A DNA stretch of 64,000 bases from the human T2T-CHM13v2.0 reference genome, Homo sapiens. The position numbers and the translations under genes are program-made. Under the pieces are notes generated by a model. That model worked only from the letters and a program-made list of their open reading frames with translations, ran no database searches and was not told where the DNA came from. The first letter of the stretch is position 1; each line of letters starts with the position of its first letter. Location of the stretch: NCBI RefSeq assembly GCF_009914755.1, contig NC_060935.1; one strand, 5' to 3'. Below are positions 12,286 through 24,049 of this stretch, in pieces.

Positions 12286-12950
12286 CTGTGGAAGGCAGGG
12301 AAGTGGGAACAAATGAGCCTGGAGTCGGCAGGTCACCTCCTGGCCCTGGCATCTTGCCAGCCTTTGCTGCCACCTACCCCATAAACTTGAAGCCCAGCAC
12401 ACCAGTCTGATTCAGTGCCGCAGGTGCAGGAGTACGGCACACAGACTATTTCTATCCTAGGGGCTTGCTCACCACCTTCTCCCTGGAGAGGGCAGAAGAG
12501 GTCACACGCAGAGACTGCTACTACATCTTATTCACCTGCCAAGGCTTGGTGGCCAACACCCAGAGGAACAAATTAAGGACCGGGAATTAATTCCCAGGGG
12601 CTCCCTGGTGCCCAAAGGACAAGAGCTTCCAAGAAGAGTCTGGCCAGCCTGGCCTTTCCAGCAGCCCATCACCGCCTGAGAAGGGCATGGAGGACTCCCC
12701 ACAGCTAAGTGTCACAATTGTGCTGGGAATCCCGGGCCCTTAACTCTGGCTAAGAGTGCCCCCAACACAGCCAGCCCCTAGATGGGCAGGTAAGGAAGGC
12801 CCTGAGGCTGCAGGAAGGAGGGGCAGGTGGAGCTGGATGGTAGCAAGGAGGCCAGCCTTGGATTTTTAAAAAGCTTTCCTCTTTTCCCTGTGCCACGATC
12901 CACCTTCCAGTCTAATTTTGGGGTATAGTAAGTCCCTGTAGTCCCCTCAC

Positions 12951-13179
12951 CTGGAGGGGCCCCACTGGACACCCCGGCCTGGGAACGACGAGCAGAACTG
13001 CGAGTGGTGGGGCGGTAGCCAGGCAAGCTGAGCAGGGCTGAGTTGCCATAATCGGGAGAACCCAGGCGAGCTAGAGACTGAGTAGAGGAGGTGGCTCGCA
13101 GGCTAGCCTGGGAAGCAGGAGCAGACCGCGTGCTGTAGAACGATGAGTTGGCGCTGTCTGGCTCTTCCACATCTAGCTT
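12951..13179 (-). CDS. NUMA1: NUMA1 exon (KLDVEEPDSANSSFYS...GAPP)
   Basis: AG/GT boundaries, 229 nt. Confidence 0.95.
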
Positions 13180-14104
13180 CTGGAAGACAGAGTGAATCTG
13201 TTGCAGTGTACAGTCCCTGGCACTGTACAGAAGCTTCCCATTCCCTTCCGAAGCCCTCAGATCCCACGGCACATCCATGTATTCCCAACTGCTTTGCAAA
13301 GGTCCTTAAAGTGTGTGTCTGCAAGAAATGGGCCTTGTCGACAGAAGCCCTCACAAGGTGGTGCTGATGTTGTCAAGACTCTTCTACGCATTTTTTTCAT
13401 GGAGTCTATTCATAATGCTTTGAGGTAGGGAATGCAGAGTGTTTATCGGCCCATTTTGGAGATGAAGTGCAAAGAAATAAAGTGACTAGCCCCAAATCAC
13501 ACTGCTAGGAAGTATCAGAGCTGGGGCTAGGCCCCATGTCTCCTGACTAGTCAGGCTCATCCCACAGCCTCTGCTGTCCCTCAGTCCAAACTTCCAGGGC
13601 CCTTACCATGTTCCAGAACTTCCCCAACTTCTTGGTAGCAGGGGGCACCCTAAACACACAGGTCCCCCCTGCTGTACCAGGGGCCCCTCTCCCCTCCTCC
13701 CAAACCTCCCCTTCAAGATGTGGAAACAAAGGCAAGGGCCTGCAGCCTGTCAGGCAGTCCACTGGGCAGCAACAATGCCTCTCAGCTGCATGGGGCATGC
13801 TGGGAGGCACAGGATGGGCTGCAGCTTCGCCACGTTCTCTCCCTTCACCCTGCACAGGCTCAGTGCTACGCATGGAGAGAATGCTAGCCTTAGTCAGGAG
13901 GCAGGGATCTAATCCTAGCCCTGCCTTTTTCTTCAGAAGTGCCCTTAACCAAGTCACTGCCCTTTTTAAGACCTCTCAGCTTTCCCACTGTAACATGGAC
14001 TGGCTGCTCATCCCTCCCTGCTCCTGACTGAGTGCCCAGTGCAAAGATGCCCTTGAGAGGAAGTGGGAATTGCTGCCCTGCAGCCCCTGTCCCAGCAGCC
14101 TGAC

Positions 14105-14351
14105 CTTGGTCATGGTGATGTTGATGATCTGCGTGGTGCGCCGACGAGCGGAGCGGGTCTTACGACCCGAGTCCAGGAAGACGTCTCCCAGGGAGTCCAG
14201 GCTGCTCTCCAGGGGGGCCTGACTCCGAGCAGGGATGGGAGTGAAGTAGAGACTCTCCAGGGATTCTACCTTGGGGGGCAGGCGCTGGGAGATAGGTGAG
14301 GCTGGTTCTCCAGGGACGCTGGTGCCGTCTGGCTGGGTACGAGGCAGCTTG
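14105..14351 (-). CDS. NUMA1: NUMA1 exon with tankyrase-binding RTQPDG motif (KLPRTQPDG...ESLYFTPIP...TMTK)
   Basis: AG/GT boundaries, 247 nt. Confidence 0.95.
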
Positions 14352-14879
14352 CTATGGAAAGGAAACCTGCTGAGGTACAGTCCTTCACGCTAGAAGGCAT
14401 TTTGTCCAGCCCTTTTTGAAAGTGACCATTTCCCATCCTTACTACAAGCAGATGAGGTCAAGCAGCCCATCTCTCTGATTTTTCAGAGGTACCAAGGAAA
14501 GCACTTGACCTGGGCCTTCCTTTCAGTCCACTCCCCTGGCTTCTCCTAATAGCTCCTCATAGTGGCAATGCCCAGACCCAGATGTCCCATCCCCACCAGA
14601 TGCCCATGGCTGCTTCACAGCAAACACGTCCCAATCTAAGCCCACTTCTCTGTTCTTCCTCCTGCATCTCCCATTTCAGTGAATAGGAACGCCCCCCACT
14701 CAGGCCCCCAAGCCATGAACGTGGGCATAATCCAATGTCGTCCTGCTTGGCGAGCCCAATCACCAAGCTTCCTGAACAGCAACTAACCACACCCCACTCC
14801 ATGCTCATGTCCTTTCCCTGGTCTGCTTCATCTCCTCTCACCTAGACTCATCATGGCACTGACAGAGGAAGATGAGTGG

Positions 14880-15090
14880 TGACAAGCCAAGAACTCAGGC
14901 CAGGCTGCCCAGGGTCAAACCCCAGCTCTACCACTGGGGAACCTTGGGCAAGTGACTGCCCCTCTATGCCCCAGATTCATCTGTTAAAGGAGACAGAATA
15001 AACCTACCTCAGAGGGTTGTTGGGGGACAAATCAGGTATAATTGTCATGAGTGCTTTATGTCTAGCACAAAATAAGTAAATGTAAGTGTT
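14880..15090. mobile_element. MIR fragment
   Basis: cccagctctaccact..accttgggcaagtgact..cctctatgcccca..catctgt. Confidence 0.7.
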
Positions 15091-15603
15091 TAATAAAAAC
15101 ATTTTTCCAGTCTTAACTTCTATACTAGCTATTAGAATAATCTTTTTAAGATGCAAATTAACCATGTACTCTTCAGTTTCAAATTCTTCCAAGGTTCCTT
15201 TTTTTTTCTCCTAAACCTTTCAATTACAGCCACCAAGGTTTCCTCAATGCCTTTAGGATCAAGTCTTAATAGCCGGTCTCCAATGGGCCTTCCTGGCCTC
15301 ACATCTCAGCTTAGTCAGGCTCTTTCACAGCCTCTGTTCACACTGCTCTTCTCGTCAACCTGGCACACACACCTATGGATGCTTTCAAGACTCAGCAGGA
15401 GCGATAGCTTCCACGAAGCCTTTCTTGACCACTTGCTTTTTATTCCAACTGTGCCCTAAATAGATATCTGGTATAATACCCGTTTTTCTTTATTCTTCTC
15501 TAAGAATAAATTTAGATCACATCTTATTTATCTCACTAGGATACAGCCTGATAAACAGCAGGCACTCCATAAACAGACATAGGGAGGAAGGCTGCCTCCT
15601 GAC

Positions 15604-15761
15604 CTGGTGATACTGAGTGGGGTCCCCTCCTCGCAGCTCAGATCCAGGCTGTCAATACTCAAGTCCAGCTGGGGCTTAGCCTGGGGCTCACGGCTCTTTA
15701 AAGCATCAGTTGCCACCTGGAATTTGCCCAGGTCTCGAAGCTGCTGGTCTGCATGGGCAAC
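15604..15761 (-). CDS. NUMA1: NUMA1 exon (VAHADQQLRDLGKFQ...SIDSLDLSCEEGTPLSIT)
   Basis: AG/GT boundaries, 158 nt, DSLD caspase-type site. Confidence 0.95.
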
Positions 15762-15882
15762 CTGAGAAGGAGAGGGCCAGGGGGAGAGTGAAGAAAAGCC
15801 TAAGGCAGCAGTGGCCTAGGAGGAGAGGGCACAGGGGTCCAGTGGAATAGGAGTGAGGTGAGTCTGCCAGCCAAATTCTTAC

Positions 15883-16101
15883 CTGTGCCTCCAGGCTGCG
15901 CACCTGGGCAGTAAGGTGGCGGCAGGTCTGTTCAGCCTCCTTGGTCTTCAGCCCAGCCTGCTGTAGCTCATGGCCCAGCCGTTCAGCTTCAGCTCGCAGC
16001 TCTTTGTTTTCCTTCTGCAGCTGCTCCAGGCTCCGCAGCTGCTCCTGCAGCTCTTGGTTCTGCTGCTTCTTGGCATCATAATGTGTTTTGGCTTTCTCCA
16101 T
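15883..16101 (-). CDS. NUMA1: NUMA1 coiled-coil exon (MEKAKTHYDAKK...SLEAQ)
   Basis: AG/GT boundaries, 219 nt. Confidence 0.95.
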
Positions 16102-16183
16102 CTGTGGGCAGAGAGGGTGGGTGGGTGGGGTAGAGGTTGAAGGGCAGGAGGAAGGTGGCATGGGCTGGGGCTGGGCTCCTTAC

Positions 16184-16303
16184 CTGCAGCTTATAGTGCT
16201 CAGCTGCCTGCTCCTTCTGGCTCAACTGGGCTTGCAGTTCATTCAGCTGGGCCTGGAGGCGCTGGGCCTCCTGCTGGCTCTCGCCTCCCTGAGCCTGGAC
16301 AGC
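16184..16303 (-). CDS. NUMA1: NUMA1 coiled-coil exon (AVQAQGGES...HYKLQ)
   Basis: AG/GT boundaries, 120 nt. Confidence 0.95.
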
Positions 16304-17304
16304 CTGAGAAGAAAGGCCACTCAGGAAAGCTGGTCTGGCCGCTCTACCCAAGTCCGCTTATCTGCACCAGCCACTGGGGCTCCACAGGTGCTTCAGACTC
16401 CTGCACTTTCTTAGGAAGCGGAAGAAAACCACACCACCCCAAATACTCTCTGCCCGACTACAGTCTACTAAACCTGAAGCCCACACGCCCTTCAGTCCAC
16501 ATCCGTAGTGGCCTTTCCCTGACCAGCTCCTGCCCTATCTTTGCCTTCTTTGAGACCAGACACAAAGTGTCACACCCTCTTTGCATGCACAATCTCCCGT
16601 AGGAGGAAGGGAACCAATCCTCAGGGAACACCCAGGTGCAGAGCCTAGAGTAAGGCACTTGGCATGTGAGCTCTCTTAGGACAGGGGAACTTGTTTCTCC
16701 TCAAAGCCACTCTGAGAAGTCACTTCACCCTCTTTTCAGAGGAGGAAACTGAGTTCAGAGATTTAAGCAAATTGACCAGAGTAACAGTGACTAAATGGCA
16801 GAGTAAGATTTGGTCCACCTAACTCCAAAAGCCCATGGGGGCTTATTTATGATGCCCACACTGCCTCCTGTCCAGACCATAACTCCTTAAGAGCAGGGCC
16901 TGATTCTCTGTCCATCTGCAAGGCCAACAAGTGCTTTGCTGTAGATAGAAGCATCCCCCCTTTGCCTCTCCTAACATAGGACAGGCCCCACAAGGAGTAG
17001 AATAAACATTTGTTTATTGCAATCAAGACATGCTGTGGCACCATGGTATGAAGGTGAGCAGGAGAAATGAAGCTCTGAGCTCCCAACAACTCCTAGGAGC
17101 CACCAGGGCTTTAGTGAGTCCCAATGCCACTGGTGCCCAATTCCTTTGCCCCTGACTGAAGGCTGTGAAGCCTAGAACTGCAAAAAGCAAGTATTAAACC
17201 AAAGAAGGTGACACAGTTGAAAGCATTAAGAATGTTATTAAACTGCACTGTAATATTCAACACTGGTGACACTCTCGTTCTTTCCCTGCCCAGACTATCT
17301 AGAC

Positions 17305-17495
17305 TTACATTGTCCAAAAGAACTTTATGCAATGGTGGAATGTTCTGTATCTGCGCTGTCCAATACAGCAGCCACTAACCACATGTAGCTACTGAACAGG
17401 GGCACAGTGTAGCTAGTGTGATTGAAGAACTGGATTTACTTTAATAAATTTCAATAACCACACGTGACTAGTAGCTGCTGAAGTGGACAGTGACA
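17305..17495 (+). mobile_element. MER3-like hAT-Charlie DNA transposon
   Basis: tgtccaaaagaacttt...ctgcgctgtccaatac.gcagccactaaccacatgtagcta...tggacagtg with terminal inverted repeats. Confidence 0.75.
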
Positions 17496-17700
17496 GTTGA
17501 GAGATGGGAACCACCCTGGTTGTCTCTCGAGAGCTCCCAGAAGACACATGCAGGGGCTTCTAAGCCACAGGCTTCCTAGGAGGGCTACCTGGAATGCAGG
17601 GTGCCCCTCTTCTGCCCCGACACCCCCCACGGCCCCAGAGCTTAGAGAATAGCTTCCCTCCCTTGTCCAGAGGCCAGACCCATTCCCCCAGCTGCCCCAC

Positions 17701-17769
17701 CTTCAGCTTCTGCTGCTGCACCTTGCTGGCTTGGTCAGAGTCAGCCAGTTTCTTACTCAGTTCTTCCAC
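17701..17769 (-). CDS. NUMA1: NUMA1 exon (VEELSKKLADSDQASKVQQQKLK)
   Basis: AG/GT boundaries, 69 nt. Confidence 0.95.
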
Positions 17770-19315
17770 CTGGGGAGGGAAGAGGAGGACAGAAGACTCA
17801 GGAGGACTTCCCCTGGATGTTCATCCTGGATGTCCACCCATCATGGGGTTTCCCAGACCAGGATCCCCAGTGTTCCTAGAATAAACTCAGGCCCTTTCTC
17901 TGGCCTCCAATTACGGAACAGCCTGCTGCCCAGGCTGCTTGGCAGGGCCTGAATGAGGCAACCTAACACATAGATGTTGCCAGGGCCAACTGTTCTTGCG
18001 TCTACCCTGAGCCTGCAGAGACAGAGGCCTGCCCAACCCCCGTCACCTCCAAAATCAGGAGAATTGACTCTGGGGAGCCGACACCTCACCACCACCTTGC
18101 TGCCGCCACACTCTGCAGCCGCAACCTTCCCAGGACCTAGTCTGTAATTCTAGTAGACATACTCAATGAATTCCCATGCCTCCCTCCCAGAAACTGCCAA
18201 AGCCCAAGCCCACAGATGCTCAGACCTCTTCCCAACATCCACAGGCCGTTAGGGCTGGTGCTAGCAGCATGGCTGCTGTGGTTAGCATTGGGGAACAGAT
18301 TGCTGGAAGACAAGAGCAGGGGCAGCACATGTACTCCAAAGCCCACCCCACTCCTACAAAGAGGAAGAGCACAGGGAGTAGGGGAAAAGAGAGAACATAA
18401 CAGCCCCATGCACCCTTGGCTGCTCCAAGCATTCTGGGAGTTCAAGCATGACCAGGCAGCACAGGGGAGAGGCAAGGGCTCCATTGCTAACTGTTTGCTA
18501 TTCACTTTGATTGTCCCCCACTATCACAGGCTCCTTAGAGGAGGGCCCAATTTTTCAGCAGCCCTGGGGTGGCTGGGTAGGAGAGTGATGGAGAAAGGGT
18601 GCTCTATAGCCTCGATGTCTCAGAAACACCAGCTCTATAGCCTCGATGTCTCAGGCAACACAGAGATGATTCCCATGAGAAAGAGGCAGCCAGACCATGT
18701 GACCCCCACTCCCCCGCCCCCATCTGGTATAGACCCCTCCTGCTCCTTCACCCTCGGTCTTCCTGCTACAGACATCTCTATGCTGTGCTCGGGGTTAGAG
18801 CCCCAGAAAGTGATGGGCAAGTGTCCTAAGCCCACAATCCTCCCTAACCTGTGGGGGCTGCCTCGCATATCACCTTCAAGGCTTCCATAAAGCTGTACTC
18901 TGGGAAAAAGGGACACCATGTTAAACAAGGCCGACACGGTAATTCTGCTGTTCCTCTTAGTCGGGTATCCTTAACTAGACACAGTACTTGGGAAGTTCTC
19001 GAATCCCAAGGATTGTGTCTGTCATTGGTTCAGGGTGGGAAAGATGAAGCCAGTGCTACCCCTTGTCCCTGATAGGCAAATGAGAGAAGGTGCAGAAGGG
19101 TGGAGAGGCCGACCTGGGATGGGTGGGATGAGGCCTGAGAGAGCCCAGCACACCACACTCCTGGGCAGCCTGGGCCTGGATTCCATGGCTTGACCCTGCC
19201 CCCTTCACAAACAGTTCACAACAGGAGCTGGCGGAGGCAAGCTGCAGCCGGGCTCATGCACCAAGACTGGTCACCGTTTAAGCAGCCAGCATTTAGCGAG
19301 GACCTCAGGCATTAC

Positions 19316-19357
19316 CTGCTTAGTTTGCTCTCTCTGAAATACCTCTAGCTGCTCCAC
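19316..19357 (-). CDS. NUMA1: NUMA1 42-nt alternative cassette exon (VEQLEVFQREQTKQ)
   Basis: cag|...|gtaat, symmetric phase 0; inclusion gives 2115 aa, skipping 2101 aa. Confidence 0.9.
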
Positions 19358-19809
19358 CTGTACATGGGGGAGGAGCAACAGAGACAGAGTGAGATGAGGC
19401 CAAAGAAGCACCAGCCCTGCTGCCAGGCTGACCTCACTGAGGCTCTGATACTTTCCCCTAAGGAGCTAGATTGACAGTAAGTTTAAAAATGCCAGTTAGG
19501 CTGATTCTAATCCCCAGTGGCTCCTGAGGCATCCAGTGCAGGTGTGCCTCTGAACAGGCTGGTGGTCATCACAACTTGACTCTCTAGTGACAGAGCCTTC
19601 AGGGGAGGGGAGGCCACTGACATTTTCTTTAGGATGACAGGGGCAACAGACTTGAACTCCACCAGCCACCTCTCCTTTTCTGCCACCCAGTGAATGAGGA
19701 AAGGCAAGACACTCCAGTGTAGGAGCTAGAGGCCCTGGACACAGAGGATCGATGTCCCCGCGCTCTCAGCTCCTGATCTTTGGGAGGGTGGTTGGGCTGA
19801 GTACCTTAC

Positions 19810-22800
19810 CTGGGCAGTGAGTTTCTGCCTCTCTTCCTGGAACCGCTGCCTCTCCTCCAGGACCTTGACCTTGGCACCCTCATACTTGGCAGTCATCACC
19901 TCCAGCTCCCGGGCAGTGCTCTGTGCTTCTCGCTGCACCTCAGCCAGACGGGTCTCAGCATCAGCACGTACGGCTGCCAACTCTTGGACATACTTCTCCC
20001 GGGCCTGGTCCAACTCCACTTCCAGAAACTGCCGGCCAAGGTTGGCCCGCTCACCCAGCCCCCGGTTCTCCTCTGCCAGCAGGCCATGCGCCTTCTTCAG
20101 CATGCTCAGCTGCTCTGCATAGCTGGCCTTCTCTGCCCGCAGCTGCTGAGCTGTTCGCTCCTGCTCTGCCACCTTCTGCCGCAGAGGAATCAGCTCCCCA
20201 AGCTCCCGCTGGGCCCGCAGCAGCTCTGCCCGCAGTCCCCCAGCGGCCTGCTTGCTCTGCTCCAGCTCCTCACGGTGGCGTTTCTCGGCAGCGGCCTGCT
20301 CGGCCTGCAGCTGCTGGCAGAGGTGCTTAGCTGGCAGCAGCTCACTCACCAGGGCCTGTGTGCTGGTGTGCTCGAGCTGCAGGGTGGAGAGGGCCTGCTC
20401 TTTCTGGAAGAACTTCTCCTGCCACGCCTTCAATTCTTGGCCCAGCTCCTCCGCACGCTCAGCCTGTGAGGTCAGCTCCTGCCGCAGGTTCTCTGAAGCC
20501 ACCCGCTGTTTCTCAGCCTCCTCCCGGAGGCTCTGCACCTCCTCCCGCAGAGCAGAGCTGCGTTCTGCAGCTCTGGCACTGTTGCTGGCTGTCTCTGCCT
20601 GCAGCAGGCGCAGCCTCTCCTCCAGCTTCTGGCTCTTCTCTGACTCGGCCATCACCAGCCGCTTCAACTCCTTGCTCTCCCCCTCCTTCTCCAGGACCTG
20701 GCGATTCAGGATGGACACCTCCTCCTCCAAGCTGCTGATGAGGCTATTTTTCCTCTCAGCCTCTTGCCGGCCCCGGGCCACCTGGGCCTTCCACTCATCT
20801 TCAGCCTTGCTGTGGTCTTGTACCTTGGTGCGGAAGGCAGCCAACTCCCGTTGGGCCGAGGCTAAGGCACTCTGACTGTGCCCTAGCTCCTGGGCCTTCT
20901 CCTCTAACTGGCCCTGCAGAGTCTCCAGAGCACTGTCCCGCTCAGCCCGGGAGGCCCGCTCAGCCTCGAGGCTGCGTTCCAGGCTGTCAGCCTGCTCCTG
21001 CTGCTTCTGGCATTGCTGTTCCAGCTTGCTCACCTCTGCCCGCAGTGCCTCCAGCTTGGGGCCTGTTGGCTCTGTCCTGCCAGCAGCCTCAGATTGGGCT
21101 CCTGAGCCAGATGCGTGCTCCTTTTCTTTCTTAGCCAGCTGTTCCTTCAGTTGCTTCACGGTTTGCCGAAGTTCCTCCAGCTCTTTTATCTGGGCTGCCT
21201 CCAGACCACGAAGCTTGGCCAACTCCTGGTCCTTGCCTTCCTTTTCCGTCAGGGCATGAGCCAGTGCCTCTTGCAGGGTAGCGAACTCCACACGCTGCTC
21301 GTTGAGGGCGTTCTGCAGCCGCATCTCAAGCTCTGCTCTGGCCGCCTTCTCCAGGGCAAGGTCAGCCTGGGCACGGCCCCGCTCCTGGGTCAGCCGCGCC
21401 ACCTCCCTTTCCTGCTGCCCACGCTCCTCCTGCTGCTGCCCCTGGCTCTCCATCAGCGCGGCCCGCAGCCGTTCCAGCTCATTGCCCATCTGCTCTGCCT
21501 CCCGCTCCATAGCCTGCAGCGCTGCCTGTGTGCTGCAGAACTGGCGTCCCTGTTGCTCTTCCAGCCACTCGGGCTGTCTGTCTCCTGCCCTCGCAGGCTC
21601 CTTGACTAACTCCCGGGAGGCTGTTTCCTGCTGCTCACCTGCCTTGCGCACCAAGGTCTCCAAGCGGGCCACCTCTTTGCTGGTGGCAGCCATCTTTTCC
21701 TGCAGAGTGGAGAGGTCATCTGCAAGCTTCTGGGCCCTGACTTCCTTCTCTTGGACCTGCTGGAGTGCTCTGGCCAGGTTGGCATGGAGCTCAGCTAGTT
21801 CGTTCTGCTGCCGGCTTATCTGGAGCTCGCTGTGGGATTCTATGCCTGCCACCTTCTCCTTTGCCTCCTGCAGCTCCTGGCGGGCCTTCTCACATTCCTC
21901 CTTCAAAGTCATCAGCTGTTCCTGGAACATGGCGCCATACTGTGCCTCCTCTTGCTGGCTATCCTCATACCGCTCACGCCAGGCAGCTACTTCTTTGACG
22001 AGCTGCTCACACTCACTCTCAGCTGTGTGCTGGGCAGCCATGGCCTCTGCCAGCTCCCGCCGCAGGACTTCAGTCTCAGCCTGATGGGCCTCCCCAAGCT
22101 GCTGTAATCGAGCCTCCAGCCCCTTGCGCCCAGCCCTCTCTTCTTCCAGCTCCTTTCGTTCCCGCTTATGCTGCTCCACCAGGCTTCGGGTCTCTGCCTT
22201 CAGCTCAGAGATACAACGCTGCTGCTCTTCCAGGGCATCTGCAGCCCTGCGCTTCTCCTCTTCAAGGCTGCCCTTGGTGACCTTCAAGGACTCTTTGAGG
22301 GCCTGGAGCTGCTCCTGGAGCTGGTCCTTCTCCTGGGCCACCCTTTCTTTCTCAGTTGCTTTTTGCTGCTCAGACCGCAGCTGCAACTCTAGCTCTGCAA
22401 CCTGGGCCTGGGCCTCATGCTGTTCCTGGCGGGCTGTCTCAACACAGGCCTGGAGTTCCTCCACCTTCCGGCTCAGCTCTGCCTTCTCCCGCTGGGCCTG
22501 TGTCACTGAGGTCTGGGCACTGTCCCGGGCTTCATTAGCCACCTGAAGTTGCTGCTGCAGAATCTCCAGCTTGGCAGCCTTCTCCTTCTCCAGTGCCTCC
22601 AGCTGCTTGAGAGCCGCATCCCGCTCCCTTAAGGAGGCCTCTCGCTCCTCTGCAGCAGTGGCCAGTTGCTGGGCATGGTCCTGCCTAGTTGCCTCCTGCT
22701 TCTCCGCTACCTCCTTCAACTGCTGCTCCTTCTGCTTCAGGCTACTGCTTAGCTGCTCCACCTGGTGGCGGAGGCCCTGGGAGGCCTGTTCTTGCTGTTG

Positions 22801-23175
22801 GAGGGTCTGTGCTAGCTGGGCCTGCTTCTCTTTGGCCTGCTGCTTCAGGCCAGCCAGTTCTTGATCCTGTTGCTGGATGGTGGCATTGAGTGTGGTGAGC
22901 TCAGAGGTCAGAGAGGCCACCTGGGCAGTCAACCGGGCCCCATGAGCCTGGGAGGCCTGCTCCAGCTCTTCCTTGGCCTGGCTGAGGTTGGAGATGGAGC
23001 TCTGCAGGTCAGTGATCAGGCTAGACAGCTGCTGCTTTTCTTCTTCGAAGTGGCCCCGCTCAGCAAGCAGCTTGGCTTCCTGCTGGCCTCGCTCAGTCTC
23101 CAGCATCTCTACCCTGGCTTGGAGCTGTGTGTTGTTTGCAGCAAGAGTGGCTGCCTCTTGCTTCAAGGTTTCCAG
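19810..23175 (-). CDS. NUMA1: NUMA1 giant 3366-nt coiled-coil exon (LETLKQEAAT...KLTAQ)
   Basis: Contained in the 1146-aa ORF; E/Q/L/A heptads; cag acceptor and GTAAG donor. Confidence 0.98.
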
Positions 23176-23322
23176 CTGGTGGTATAAAGAGACAAACTGG
23201 GATCAGCATGACTCCTCAGTCATCAAGACTCCTCTGGAAATGGAGGAACACCAGGAACCCAAATGTACTGAATGTGAGTCCACACCAACCCGCAGCACAC
23301 AGGTCTTTCTGTGCATTCCTAC

Positions 23323-23445
23323 CTGCAAGACATCACCCAGCACCTCGCCCTTCTCCTGGGGTGGGTTATCCTGCAGCTGGGACAAGTGTTCTTCCAGCTG
23401 TGAAAGTTTTCCCTGAAGGATTTCGTTCTTCTCTTCAAGGCATTT
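23323..23445 (-). CDS. NUMA1: NUMA1 exon (KCLEEKNEILQ...GDVLQ)
   Basis: AG/GT boundaries, 123 nt. Confidence 0.95.
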
Positions 23446-23891
23446 CTGGGAGTAAATGAGACCCATGTGAACAGAGAGGGGGAACAGGCACCAGATTACC
23501 ACACAAGCCCTCATAAACATCAGCAAACATGGGGCCCATCATCTTGTTACCAAGATCTCCTTTTGCCCTGGCCTAGAAAAAAGCAGAAACCATGGAACTG
23601 GGAGCATGAGGGACCTGATTCTCTAGACCTAGTTCTAAGGCACAATAAAGTCATAATGTAACCTGCTTACTACTTCCCCAAGGCTGCTGAGTTTACTTCA
23701 AATTTCCTTACCGTATACCCTTCCTCAGATAAGTCTTGAGTCCTAGATTATCCAAATCACCACCAGCTGCCCACCATCCTCTGGGCAGCAATACCACTGG
23801 CAGCAGCTGCAGCAACCCCCAGTCCCAAACCCACTTCTTCACCACTGTTCACTAAGCACCTACAATAGGCTATGCTGGGTTCATCCCTAAA

Positions 23892-24049
23892 TTTTTTTTT
23901 TTGAGACAGAGTCTCGCTCTATCGCCTAGGCTGGAGTGCAGTGGCGAGATCTTGGCTTACTGCAACCTCCACCTCCCAGATTCGAGAGCTTCTTCTGTCT
24001 CAGCCTCCCGAGTAGCTGGGACTACAGGCATGCATCACCACACCCAGCT
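23892..24049 (-). mobile_element. Alu right-arm fragment
   Basis: T-tail plus gagacagagtctcgc...cccagc. Confidence 0.9.

Noticed and set aside
18216-18890. 224-aa + strand ORF in a NUMA1 intron
   Set aside because: No recognisable protein features or splice context; plausible by chance in GC-rich DNA.
19817-23459. Many long + strand ORFs (up to 260 aa) antisense to the giant NUMA1 exon
   Set aside because: Expected shadow of CAG/GAG/CTG-rich coiled-coil codons, which are poor in antisense stops; Ser/Cys/Leu low-complexity products with no independent gene structure. An antisense lncRNA cannot be excluded from sequence alone.
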